Assembly: GCA_964625535.1 (NCBI GenBank)
Contig: CAZVEX010000002.1
Location: forward strand, 21,559-85,558
Direction: 5' to 3'
Origin: an uncultured Gammaproteobacteria bacterium
GTDB taxonomy: Bacteria; Patescibacteriota; Microgenomatia; Daviesbacterales; UBA10151
Length of the DNA stretch: 64,000 nucleotides
Below, one piece after another: positions 1 to 7,520 of the stretch (positions within the stretch are counted from its first letter, which is position 1; each line of letters opens with the position of its first letter). The position numbers and the translations under genes are program-made. The notes beneath the pieces were generated by a model. The model was not told where the DNA came from. It was given only the letters and a program-made list of their open reading frames with translations, and searched no databases.

Positions 1-209
1 CCCTGTCCCGAATGTCCAAAGATGATGGCTTTGCTATTTGGATCTTTTGATACGGCCTCTGCCGCTTTAGATATGAAATCTGGATAATCGTCATCTTTAT
101 TAAATTCATGCGCTCCGAAATCTTCTACCTCATATCCTTCTTTTTTAAGAAATTCCTTAACCTTTTCTTTTAATTCAAAGCCGGCATGATCAGTCGCCAG
201 ATAAACCAT
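1..209 (-). CDS. rpiB: ribose-5-phosphate isomerase B (RpiB/LacAB family), 3'-truncated by window edge
   Basis: Minus-strand translation from the ATG at 209 gives MVYLATDHAGFELKEKVKEFLKKEGYEVEDFG..., a typical RpiB N-terminus. It runs off the window start. Confidence 0.7.
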   Translation of the reverse strand, partial: MVYLATDHAGFELKEKVKEFLKKEGYEVEDFGAHEFNKDDDYPDFISKAAEAVSKDPNSKAIIFGHSGQ

Positions 210-216
210 AGATTTA

Positions 217-486
217 TTATACATTAACTAATCCCAAGGCTTCATTAAGTTTATTTTTGTCAAACCCCAGGATTTTAACTACTTCCCCGTCATCTTTGGT
301 AATTTCCGTAAAAGGCACTCCCATTTGTCCAGATTCCTCAATCAATCTTTTGGCCTCATCGGGTTGTTGATCCACAAAAATATTTTCGTATTGAATGCCT
401 TTTTCTTCCAGGTACTGCTTTTCCATTTTGCAGAATGGACAAGTAGTGGTTGAATAAATTTTTACTTTCATAACCTCACCTCCCAA
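217..486 (-). CDS. glutaredoxin-like small redox protein (thioredoxin fold, CPFC active site)
   Basis: 89 aa with a CPFC motif near the N-terminus and a glutaredoxin/NrdH-like length. It sits 8 nt upstream of rpiB on the same strand. Confidence 0.7.
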   Translation of the reverse strand: MGGEVMKVKIYSTTTCPFCKMEKQYLEEKGIQYENIFVDQQPDEAKRLIEESGQMGVPFTEITKDDGEVVKILGFDKNKLNEALGLVNV

Positions 487-517
487 GTTAAATTATAGCA
501 GATATAGTTTGTACCAC

Positions 518-546
518 TTGACTGGACTTAAACCCTTTGATATAAA
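518..546 (+). promoter_or_regulatory. sigma70-like promoter (TTGACT-17-TATAAA)
   Basis: TTGACT at 518-523, a 17-nt spacer, then TATAAA at 541-546. Confidence 0.35.
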
Positions 547-582
547 TAATCTTGCTTACTGAAAAGTAGGTTTTCAAGAAAA

Positions 583-605
583 CCCGCTTGTGCGCGGGTT
601 TTTTT
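583..605 (+). terminator. intrinsic terminator-like hairpin (CCCGC-6nt loop-GCGGG + T7)
   Basis: A 5-bp GC stem is followed by a run of 7 T. It lies about 40 nt downstream of the promoter at 518-546 and upstream of the FMN aptamer. Confidence 0.4.
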
Positions 606-621
606 GTGGTATACTTTAACT

Positions 622-740
622 GTTCTTTCGGGGTTAGGTGAAAATCCTAATCGGTGGTAATACTCCACGAGTCCGACATAACGTCGGACACGATAAGGTG
701 AAAATCCTTAAGCGACCGTACAGTCGGGATGAAAGGAAGA
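622..740 (+). promoter_or_regulatory. FMN riboswitch (RFN element)
   Basis: Conserved RFN blocks are present: GGTGAAAATCC, CGGTGGTAA, GATAAGGTGAAAATCCTTA, CGACCGTACAGT and CGGGATGAAAGGAAGA. It sits directly upstream of ribE, and the 3' part overlaps the SD AAAGGAAG, which suggests translational control. Confidence 0.85.
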
Positions 741-1304
741 ATGTTTACAGGAATAATTACTAATCTTGGCAAAATTTCTCAAAAACAAGGATCTAGCTTA
801 ACAATTTCTGCTTCAAGCAAGTTTTTATCCAAACTAAAAAAGGGTACCAGTATCGCTGTCAACGGCGCTTGTCTAACAGTAGTTAATGTCCAAAAACTTA
901 CATTTACAGTTGATTTAATGCCGGAAACGATCAAGCGAACTAATATTCTTCGGGCAGAATTAGTTAATTTGGAGCTTCCAACTACCCCCCAATCATTTTT
1001 ATCCGGTCATCTTGTCCAGGGACATGTTGACGGAATGGGCAAAATAGAGAAAATTACCAGTCAAATCTTGAAAGTATCTGTTCCGTCAAATCTTGCCCAA
1101 TATCTAATTGAAAAAGGCTCTGTTGCCGTAAACGGCATTTCTTTAACAATAATCAAAGCAGAAAAAAATTATTTTACTGTCGGCATTGTCCCCTATACCT
1201 GGAACAATACCATGTTACACACCATTAAAACAGGTGATTTTATCAATATAGAAGTGGATGTACTGGCAAAGTATGTTGAAAATTTACTAAAGAAAGGAGG
1301 GTAG
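741..1304 (+). CDS. ribE: riboflavin synthase alpha subunit
   Basis: MFTGII... N-terminus with duplicated lumazine-binding halves. The ORF-track start at 729 lies inside the riboswitch; the ATG at 741 with the AAAGGAAG SD is preferred. Confidence 0.85.
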   Translation: MFTGIITNLGKISQKQGSSLTISASSKFLSKLKKGTSIAVNGACLTVVNVQKLTFTVDLMPETIKRTNILRAELVNLELPTTPQSFLSGHLVQGHVDGMGKIEKITSQILKVSVPSNLAQYLIEKGSVAVNGISLTIIKAEKNYFTVGIVPYTWNNTMLHTIKTGDFINIEVDVLAKYVENLLKKGG

Positions 1305-1307
1305 TTT

Positions 1308-1712
1308 ATGAAAAAAAATATCGCCATTGTGGCAACGTCGTTTCACAAAAAAAGCATGAAATTGATGGTAGATGATGCAAAAAAGACTGCTTTGGGGGAA
1401 AATCTGCGCGTTGCAGCAGAAGTCTGGGTGCCGGGATGTTATGAAGTGCCCTTGGCACTAAAACGCCTTTTTAGCTCAAAAAATATTGACGGGGCAGTAG
1501 TGCTTGGCATTATTGAGAAAGGGGAAACAAAACACGGTCTAATCATGGGCATGGTTGTCCATGATGCCATAGTAAGAATTGAACTGGAGACGGGAAAACC
1601 AGTAGGACTGGGAATCCTTGGACCGGAAATTCTTTTGAAACAGGTTCCTTCACGGGCAAAACTTTATGCAAAGAAATCAGTTTTGGCGCTAAAGGCAATG
1701 CTTGCAATATGA
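1308..1712 (+). CDS. ribH: 6,7-dimethyl-8-ribityllumazine synthase
   Basis: 134 aa of lumazine-synthase length and pattern (IAIVATSFHK..., GETKHG). Has a strong SD AAAGGAGGG. Confidence 0.85.
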   Translation: MKKNIAIVATSFHKKSMKLMVDDAKKTALGENLRVAAEVWVPGCYEVPLALKRLFSSKNIDGAVVLGIIEKGETKHGLIMGMVVHDAIVRIELETGKPVGLGILGPEILLKQVPSRAKLYAKKSVLALKAMLAI

Positions 1713-2290
1713 AACCGGCATCGGCAAATTTACCAACCAAATATGGCCATTTTAAGATATTTGTCTATCAATCAAAGAAAGACGGGCGTGAGCATACGGT
1801 ACTTCTCAAACAAAAAAATAAAAAAGATAAATTTCTGGTGAGAATTCATTCGCAGTGCCTGACAGGAGATACCTTTTCTTCACTGAAATGCGATTGCCGG
1901 GACCAGTTGGTAATGAGTTTAAAAAAAATCGGCAAAGCCCAAAACGGCGCCTTAATTTACCTAAATCAGGAAGGAAGAGGAATTGGATTAACCAATAAAA
2001 TCAAGGCTTATGCACTGCAGGATAGAGGTCTTGATACCATCCAAGCAAATAAAAAGCTGGGGCTTGCTGCAGATCTGCGCGATTACTCAGTGGCTGCGGA
2101 AGTTCTTAAAGACTTGGGCATTTTTCAGATTATACTTTTAACTAATAATCCTGATAAAGCTTCACAGCTTGCATCTTTTGGCATCACCGTTAAAAAGTGC
2201 ATTCCGCTGGAAGTTAGACCCAACCGGATTAATAAAAGCTATCTCAAAACCAAAAAAGAGAAAATGGGCCATAAACTAAAACTTGTTTAA
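1709..2290 (+). CDS. ribA: GTP cyclohydrolase II
   Basis: RIHSQCLTGD...CDCRDQL...EGRGIGL motifs of GTP cyclohydrolase II. No DHBP-synthase domain is present. Confidence 0.85.
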   Translation: MKPASANLPTKYGHFKIFVYQSKKDGREHTVLLKQKNKKDKFLVRIHSQCLTGDTFSSLKCDCRDQLVMSLKKIGKAQNGALIYLNQEGRGIGLTNKIKAYALQDRGLDTIQANKKLGLAADLRDYSVAAEVLKDLGIFQIILLTNNPDKASQLASFGITVKKCIPLEVRPNRINKSYLKTKKEKMGHKLKLV

Positions 2291-2295
2291 TTTGT

Positions 2296-3264
2296 ATGAA
2301 TAAAGACATTAAATTCCTCAAGGAAACTTTAAAGCTTGCCAAAAAAGGGCTGGGTTGGACCAATCCCATGGTTGGAGCAATCCTGGTTAAAGATGGCAAG
2401 ATGATAGGTAAAGGTTACCATAAAAAGGTAGGATTTCCCCATGCCGAAATCGAGGCATTAAAGAAGTGTCGGGAAAATCCAAAAGGGGCAACGCTGTATG
2501 TCAATCTTGAACCATGTGCTATTTTTGGCAGAACACCGCCTTGTGTGGATCCAATCATTAAAAGCGGTATTAAAAAAGTAGTCTATTCAACTTTAGATGC
2601 TAATCCCAAAAATCATGGCAAAGGTACAACAAAATTACAAAAAGCAGGTATTGAAACCTCATTTGGCATATTGGAAAAAGAAGCTAGAAAATTAAATGAA
2701 GCATTTTTTACATTCCATGAAAAAGGTCGGCCCTTTGTGGCCATCAAATTTGCAGCTTCTTTGGATGGAAAAATTGCGACCTATACAGGTGATTCCAAAT
2801 GGATTACCAATGAAAAGGCCAGACGCTATGCCAGAAGCTTGCGGGCAGAGTATCAGGCAGTGCTGGTGGGTATGAATACGGTGTTAAAAGATAATCCTCA
2901 TTTAGGGAATTCTTTAAGAATAATCCTTGGTTCCAAAGTCCCCAAAAATTCTCAAGTGTTACGAGATAAAAATGTTTTAATAATAAATCCCAAAAATATT
3001 AAAGATCTTTTAAATATCTTGAGAGAAAAAGAAATCGTTTCTGTATTGGTAGAGGGCGGGGGAAAAACTTTAGGGGCTTTTTGTGACTGCGGTTTAGTTG
3101 ATAAAGTTTATGCTTTTTATGCTCCAATCATTATTGGCGGCGAAAACGCAGTTAGTATTGGTGGAAAAGGAGCCTCAACTATTCATCAAGCGCTGCATTT
3201 AAAAAATATTTCCTACAAAAGATTTGATGATAATTTCCTGATCACAGGCTATACTGAAAACTAA
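2296..3264 (+). CDS. ribD: bifunctional riboflavin deaminase/reductase
   Basis: Deaminase zinc motifs HAEIEAL and PCAIFGRTPPC, plus a C-terminal RibD reductase-like domain. Confidence 0.85.
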   Translation: MNKDIKFLKETLKLAKKGLGWTNPMVGAILVKDGKMIGKGYHKKVGFPHAEIEALKKCRENPKGATLYVNLEPCAIFGRTPPCVDPIIKSGIKKVVYSTLDANPKNHGKGTTKLQKAGIETSFGILEKEARKLNEAFFTFHEKGRPFVAIKFAASLDGKIATYTGDSKWITNEKARRYARSLRAEYQAVLVGMNTVLKDNPHLGNSLRIILGSKVPKNSQVLRDKNVLIINPKNIKDLLNILREKEIVSVLVEGGGKTLGAFCDCGLVDKVYAFYAPIIIGGENAVSIGGKGASTIHQALHLKNISYKRFDDNFLITGYTEN

Positions 3265-3323
3265 TTGCTGAGCGTACCGGTTAAGACCCATTTTGTCGTT
3301 ATAGCGTTCAAAACTGGACGCCT

Positions 3324-3337
3324 CTTGATTAATCAAG
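3324..3337. repeat. perfect 14-bp palindrome CTTGATTAATCAAG in the convergent ribD/Mrr-like intergenic region
   Basis: Seen directly in the sequence; no T-run follows it. Confidence 0.4.
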
Positions 3338-3349
3338 TCTATCTAAAAC

Positions 3350-4090
3350 TTAGGTATCAAGCATATCCCAATCTTCACCAAGAACCCAGCGTAAGGTTGA
3401 TAGCTTTCCGTTAATCATGCCCCACTCAAAATCATCATGAGGTCCTAGACCCTTTTTCCCATATTTTTTCTCTACCTTCTTCGCAGCAGAAAAAGCACCT
3501 TTAAGAATATCTGGCGGTGTATCTTTACCAAGGTGACCTCCATTTTTCAACAATTGGTGCCGATCATACCAAACTTTATCGGAAAACTCTTCTTCTGCAG
3601 TAAGGATATCTTTTACATTTCTGATTGGGTCTGAGATAAGATTGTATTTCCGAAGTAGTGAAATTTTATTTTTGACCAATTTTTCTAACATCGGTCGTTC
3701 CCAGCACCTAATTTTATATGCTGGTTTATTATTTTTACAGTAATTTTCAAGATAATCTTTAGCCGGGTTAGATAAAAAGTTAGAAACAATAATGATTACT
3801 CCATCCGGTCGTTCTGCGTTTGCCCAAGAGAGAAGGTTTTGGAGTTCTTTAGGAGGTAATCCTTTCGTGTAGTGTTTACATTCAGCGAACCATGTTTCAA
3901 AGTATTTGGTACCATCAACATCCGGATATTCTCTTTGAAAAACAATATCCCTACCCCTGTCGGCAGGACTAGTTTTTAATCCTGTCCCCTTACGCCAATC
4001 GATATTGAAAAAGCCTAACTTTTGAAGCAAGTCAAAACAGAATTCTTCAAATTCAGTTGGACTAAGATTATTAAAAGAAATAGATCTCAT
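3350..4090 (-). CDS. Mrr-cat-like PD-(D/E)xK nuclease-domain protein, C-terminal half unknown
   Basis: The N-terminus (LSPTEFEEFCFDLLQKLGF...ADRGRDIVFQ...FAECKHY) matches the Mrr/restriction-endonuclease catalytic-domain pattern (D...ExK). It lies 60 nt downstream of tRNA-Gln. Confidence 0.5.
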   Translation of the reverse strand: MRSISFNNLSPTEFEEFCFDLLQKLGFFNIDWRKGTGLKTSPADRGRDIVFQREYPDVDGTKYFETWFAECKHYTKGLPPKELQNLLSWANAERPDGVIIIVSNFLSNPAKDYLENYCKNNKPAYKIRCWERPMLEKLVKNKISLLRKYNLISDPIRNVKDILTAEEEFSDKVWYDRHQLLKNGGHLGKDTPPDILKGAFSAAKKVEKKYGKKGLGPHDDFEWGMINGKLSTLRWVLGEDWDMLDT

Positions 4091-4149
4091 ATAATTAATT
4101 AGTTTTTAGAAACCATTTCAGACATCCAGGTCACTTTGGGTGCCCGTCT

Positions 4150-4223
4150 TGGCTGCGGGATTAGGAGTCGGACCTAAATTAACAGGTTCAGAGCCTGCTG
4201 TGCTACCATTACACCATCCCGCA
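4150..4223 (-). tRNA. tRNA-Gln(CTG), CCA encoded
   Basis: Hand fold: acceptor TGCGGGA/TCCCGCA, U8, D-stem GTGT/GCAC with an AATGGTA loop, anticodon stem GCAGG/CCTGT with loop CTCTGAA (anticodon CUG), T-stem TTAGG/CCTAA with loop TCCGACT, discriminator G, then CCA. Confidence 0.7.
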
Positions 4224-4547
4224 ATATTACTTTATTAACTGTTTAAAACTATTACCACCTTTATATGATTTTAATGCCTTCTCTCTTTCCCTTGCTACCT
4301 GATAACTTCTGTACTCTTCATAATGTATTATTTTAAAAGGTTTTCTTTTTCTTGTTGAATAAACCCCTCCTTTGTTATGTTGTTCCAATCGTTTTTCTAA
4401 ATTCTTACATATCCCAATATAATAGCCTTTATCTATTAAGCTTTGTATTATATATACAAATATCATGAATTCAGAGCCTGCTGTGCTACTTTACCCCGGC
4501 TTGCCCCGCTGAGCGGGGTGAACGGGGCAAGCACCATCCCGCAATAT
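4224..4547 (-). mobile_element. GIY-YIG insertion module with a duplicated tRNA-Gln 5' half (imperfect direct repeat 4187-4227 / 4470-4547)
   Basis: The tRNA 5' half (position 1 to anticodon loop CTCTGAA) is present twice. The upstream copy (4470-4543) has a 42-nt GC-rich nested hairpin replacing TAATG of the D-loop. The GIY-YIG ORF exactly fills the gap. Confidence 0.6.
4227..4466 (-). CDS. GIY-YIG nuclease family small protein (UPF0213/YhbQ-like)
   Basis: 79 aa with the N-terminal GIY-YIG pattern FVYIIQS...GYYIGICKNLEKRLEQHNKG. The ATG directly follows the anticodon loop of the duplicated tRNA half, and the TAA sits 3 nt before the tRNA-Gln 5' end. Confidence 0.8.
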   Translation of the reverse strand: MIFVYIIQSLIDKGYYIGICKNLEKRLEQHNKGGVYSTRKRKPFKIIHYEEYRSYQVAREREKALKSYKGGNSFKQLIK

Positions 4548-4591
4548 GATAAATTATACTTCTTCTGAAAACCTTAGGCAAAATAGGAACA

Positions 4592-4619
4592 TTGACCCAA
4601 ATAGTCAATGTTGTATAAT
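4592..4619 (+). promoter_or_regulatory. near-consensus sigma70 promoter (TTGACC-16-TATAAT)
   Basis: TTGACC at 4592-4597 and TATAAT at 4614-4619. Downstream there is only a Cys-rich 79-aa ORF (4631-4870) and the antisense of the LPXTG gene. Confidence 0.35.
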
Positions 4620-4870
4620 TATTACTTAAAATGCCTAAGGAATGTTATCAGCTCAAAACCGAACAACAAACGCCATGTTTTATTAAAGCAGGAAGTAAAC
4701 CTTGCTCGGGTGATGATTGTCCGGTTGCTAATCGAATACAAGAATTAAGTGCAAATGACACTGCTGTAAGCAACTCGTTGTTTAATCTAATGTTGCATTC
4801 TATATGTAGAATTAGCTCATTATCTTTTGATAACTGGGAGTACAGACAAAGAACCAATCAAACTTCATAG

Positions 4871-5179
4871 TTATTGAGGAAATTTGCGAAGAGACCAGCC
4901 GGAAATTATGGCCGAGAGAGAAAAAACACCAATAAGCAGCATGGGGCTGCCGGTATTTGGTAAAGTTTGTGCTCCGGATTTATTCCTATCCACTATCCTC
5001 GTATAGGCATTAGGAGAAGGCTGCAGCGGTTCTGTTGTTGCTTGGGGAGAGGATTGAGTAACTCCCTCAACTTGTTTTTTTTCTTGAGCAAATCTGCCGC
5101 TTATCAAAAAATATCCCACTGCCAAAGCAGCCAGCACCAACCCTATGGTAATTAGTCTTAGCCAAGGTGAACCTTCCAT
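4871..5179 (-). CDS. small LPXTG-anchored surface protein (sortase substrate)
   Basis: N-terminal signal/TM segment. The C-terminus has LPNTG, then a hydrophobic stretch, then a positively charged RKF tail. Confidence 0.55.
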   Translation of the reverse strand: MEGSPWLRLITIGLVLAALAVGYFLISGRFAQEKKQVEGVTQSSPQATTEPLQPSPNAYTRIVDRNKSGAQTLPNTGSPMLLIGVFSLSAIISGWSLRKFPQ

Positions 5180-5252
5180 GAGCGCAATTTTACCACAAAC
5201 CTATAACTTGAAGCAAGTTACAAGAAGCAAGATGTAATCTTGCGATTATAAT

Positions 5253-6533
5253 CTATGCAACTAAAAAATCTATGGCTGCTTGCACCCTCTCTATAGTCTC
5301 TTCTTCGCCCAGGATTTTAATGCTTTCAAAAAGAGGAGGGGTTACCAGTTGTCCGGAAATGGCCACCCGGATAAGCTGGAACATCTCTCCTGCTTTAATA
5401 TCCATTCCATCGGCCAACTCTCTGAAGGTTTTTTCAAATGAATCTGCATCCCATGGCTTTCCCATTGTTTCCATTTTCTCCAGAATCTTAGTTAGTATTT
5501 CTTTTTTACTTTTAACTTTTAACTTATCAAATTCTTGTTTATCGTATTCCGGAGCCTCCCAAAGAAAATCACAAAGCGGCACAACATCAGAAAGTTTTTT
5601 AATCCTGTCTTTAACCAGCGGAACTATTTTTTCAATCAGCTCTTCCGGGTGTCTTCTTTGCAAATATTCCCAAATTTGAGTTTTGAGTTTTGAATTTTGA
5701 CTTTTCCTTATGTATTCCCCGTTCATCCATTCCAGTTTAGTAATATCAAAAACAGGATTGGCCAGATGAACATCTACCAGATCAAATTCCTCAATCATTT
5801 CATCAAGAGATAAAATTTCTTTTCCGGAAGGAGGAGTCCAGCCCAACAGGGCCATGTAATTTAAGATTGCTTCCGCTAAAAATCCGTCACTGCGAAATTC
5901 CGAGGCCGCTTTGGCTCCATGTCTTTTGGAAAGTTTAGATTTATCAGTACCCAAAATAATCGGTAAGTGAGCAAATTGAGGAGGGGTCCATCCAAAAGCC
6001 GAATAGAGCATCAAATGTTTTGGGGTAGAAGAAATAAACTCATTCCCCCTGATGACATGAGTTATTTCCATAAAATGGTCATCTATTACATTCGCAAAGT
6101 TATATGTGGGATATCCGTCGGATTTGATTAAAACAAAATCTTCTTGAGTATTGTTAGGAAAAGCTATGTCTTTACTGCCCACTAAATCATGCCAGGAAGT
6201 TACACCTTCTTTTTTAGTTTTAAAATATATTGCCCCATCTTTTTCGTAGGCAAAATCTTTTTCCAGCAATTTTCCGGTATGCTCTTTGTATAAATCCCGT
6301 CTTTTAGATTGATAAATTATCTCTCCGTCAAATTGCAGTCCCAGCCATTTTAGAGCACCAATTATATCTTCGGCCGCGCCTTCCACCAAACGAGTCTGAT
6401 CCGTATCTTCAATTCTAAGTGAAAAGGTTCCTTTAGCTTTTTTGGCCACCAAATACGCATAAAGCGCTGTTCTAACGCCTCCTATATGCATTAAGCCGGT
6501 GGGTGATGGAGCAAAGCGGGTTTTAACACTCAT
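5253..6533 (-). CDS. gltX: glutamate--tRNA ligase
   Basis: PSPTGLMHIGG (HIGH motif) and KLSKR (KMSKS motif), which are class I GluRS motifs. Confidence 0.9.
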   Translation of the reverse strand: MSVKTRFAPSPTGLMHIGGVRTALYAYLVAKKAKGTFSLRIEDTDQTRLVEGAAEDIIGALKWLGLQFDGEIIYQSKRRDLYKEHTGKLLEKDFAYEKDGAIYFKTKKEGVTSWHDLVGSKDIAFPNNTQEDFVLIKSDGYPTYNFANVIDDHFMEITHVIRGNEFISSTPKHLMLYSAFGWTPPQFAHLPIILGTDKSKLSKRHGAKAASEFRSDGFLAEAILNYMALLGWTPPSGKEILSLDEMIEEFDLVDVHLANPVFDITKLEWMNGEYIRKSQNSKLKTQIWEYLQRRHPEELIEKIVPLVKDRIKKLSDVVPLCDFLWEAPEYDKQEFDKLKVKSKKEILTKILEKMETMGKPWDADSFEKTFRELADGMDIKAGEMFQLIRVAISGQLVTPPLFESIKILGEEETIERVQAAIDFLVA

Positions 6534-6557
6534 ACCGGAGAATAGTATAATGGAACT

Positions 6558-7520
6558 ATGACTTTAACTCAAATTGCTATTTTCACCAGACGAACTATCG
6601 TACTCTCAACCATAGTTTTGATTGTATCTGTCCTGGGCTTTATCGGATATAAAATCTGGCTAAACTATTATCTTTCCACTTTGCCGCCGGTTGAAGAACA
6701 ACCGGACACCAAATTCGGCATTCTCCCTTCCCTTGATTTTCCGGCCAGAGAGGTTTCCTCCTCCAATTTTTCTTATTCTCTTGACACAACCACAGGCGGT
6801 TTACCCAAATTTGAAAAAATAATCAAAGTTTTCTTTTTACCCAAAACTTATGCCACCTTTTTATCGGCTCAAAGAAGTCAGGATTTGGCGGAAAAATTCG
6901 GTATCAAAACCCCTCCGCAAATTTTAAGTGAAACAAACTACGTTCATAAAGAAGGCGATAAAACTTTAGAGGTCAACCTGGATAGCGGCAATTTTCGCTT
7001 TAAGAAAGAAGCTACTCCTTCCGCGCAAACTCTTGATAGCAATGATAAATTGGCAGCGGATTTTAAAAATGTCTTAAGTTTCTTGGGAGTTTTGAGGGAA
7101 GAGTTAAAAAACGGCCGCAGCAAAGCAATTGGCGCACAAATTTCCATCTGGCCGGAAGATTTAGACGGCAAAGCTATTTTTACCCCCGAATTTAATAAAT
7201 CTTTAATCAATGCAGAAGTTTTCGGATCAGCCAGTAATTTGGATAACTATCTTTCTCTAAATTACACCTCCTTCCCGATTGATGAAAGTACTTATGCCAC
7301 CTATCCTTTAAAGCGGGCAGAGGAAGCTTTTGAGGATTTAAAGCAAGGCAAAGGTGTGGTGATGATCGAGCCGCCCAAACCGCAAGTCTCCATTACTTCC
7401 GTTTATTTGGGTTATTATTCTCCTGAAAATTATACTCCCTATTTGCAGCCAATCTATATTTTCGAAGGACCGCAATTTGTGGCCTTCACCTCAGCCATTA
7501 GTCAGACCAGCGGAAATTAG
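6558..7520 (+). CDS. hypothetical membrane-anchored/secreted protein
   Basis: An N-terminal TM helix followed by a low-complexity extracytoplasmic region. No motif was recognised. Confidence 0.35.
   Translation: MTLTQIAIFTRRTIVLSTIVLIVSVLGFIGYKIWLNYYLSTLPPVEEQPDTKFGILPSLDFPAREVSSSNFSYSLDTTTGGLPKFEKIIKVFFLPKTYATFLSAQRSQDLAEKFGIKTPPQILSETNYVHKEGDKTLEVNLDSGNFRFKKEATPSAQTLDSNDKLAADFKNVLSFLGVLREELKNGRSKAIGAQISIWPEDLDGKAIFTPEFNKSLINAEVFGSASNLDNYLSLNYTSFPIDESTYATYPLKRAEEAFEDLKQGKGVVMIEPPKPQVSITSVYLGYYSPENYTPYLQPIYIFEGPQFVAFTSAISQTSGN

Noticed and set aside
583-605. Hairpin as the FMN riboswitch expression platform
   Set aside because: It lies upstream of the aptamer, not between aptamer and ribE, so it cannot be the riboswitch terminator.
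4620-4870. Possible tmRNA (an 'ANDTAV...' peptide frame appears in the 4631-4870 ORF)
   Set aside because: There is no tRNA-like 5' GGGG.../3' ...CCACCA ends, no T-arm, and the tag does not end in an ALAA-like sequence. The AND match is coincidental.
5272-5679. 135-aa plus-strand ORF inside gltX
   Set aside because: It is antisense to a well-supported GluRS gene, has Ser/Ile-rich low-complexity composition and no RBS.
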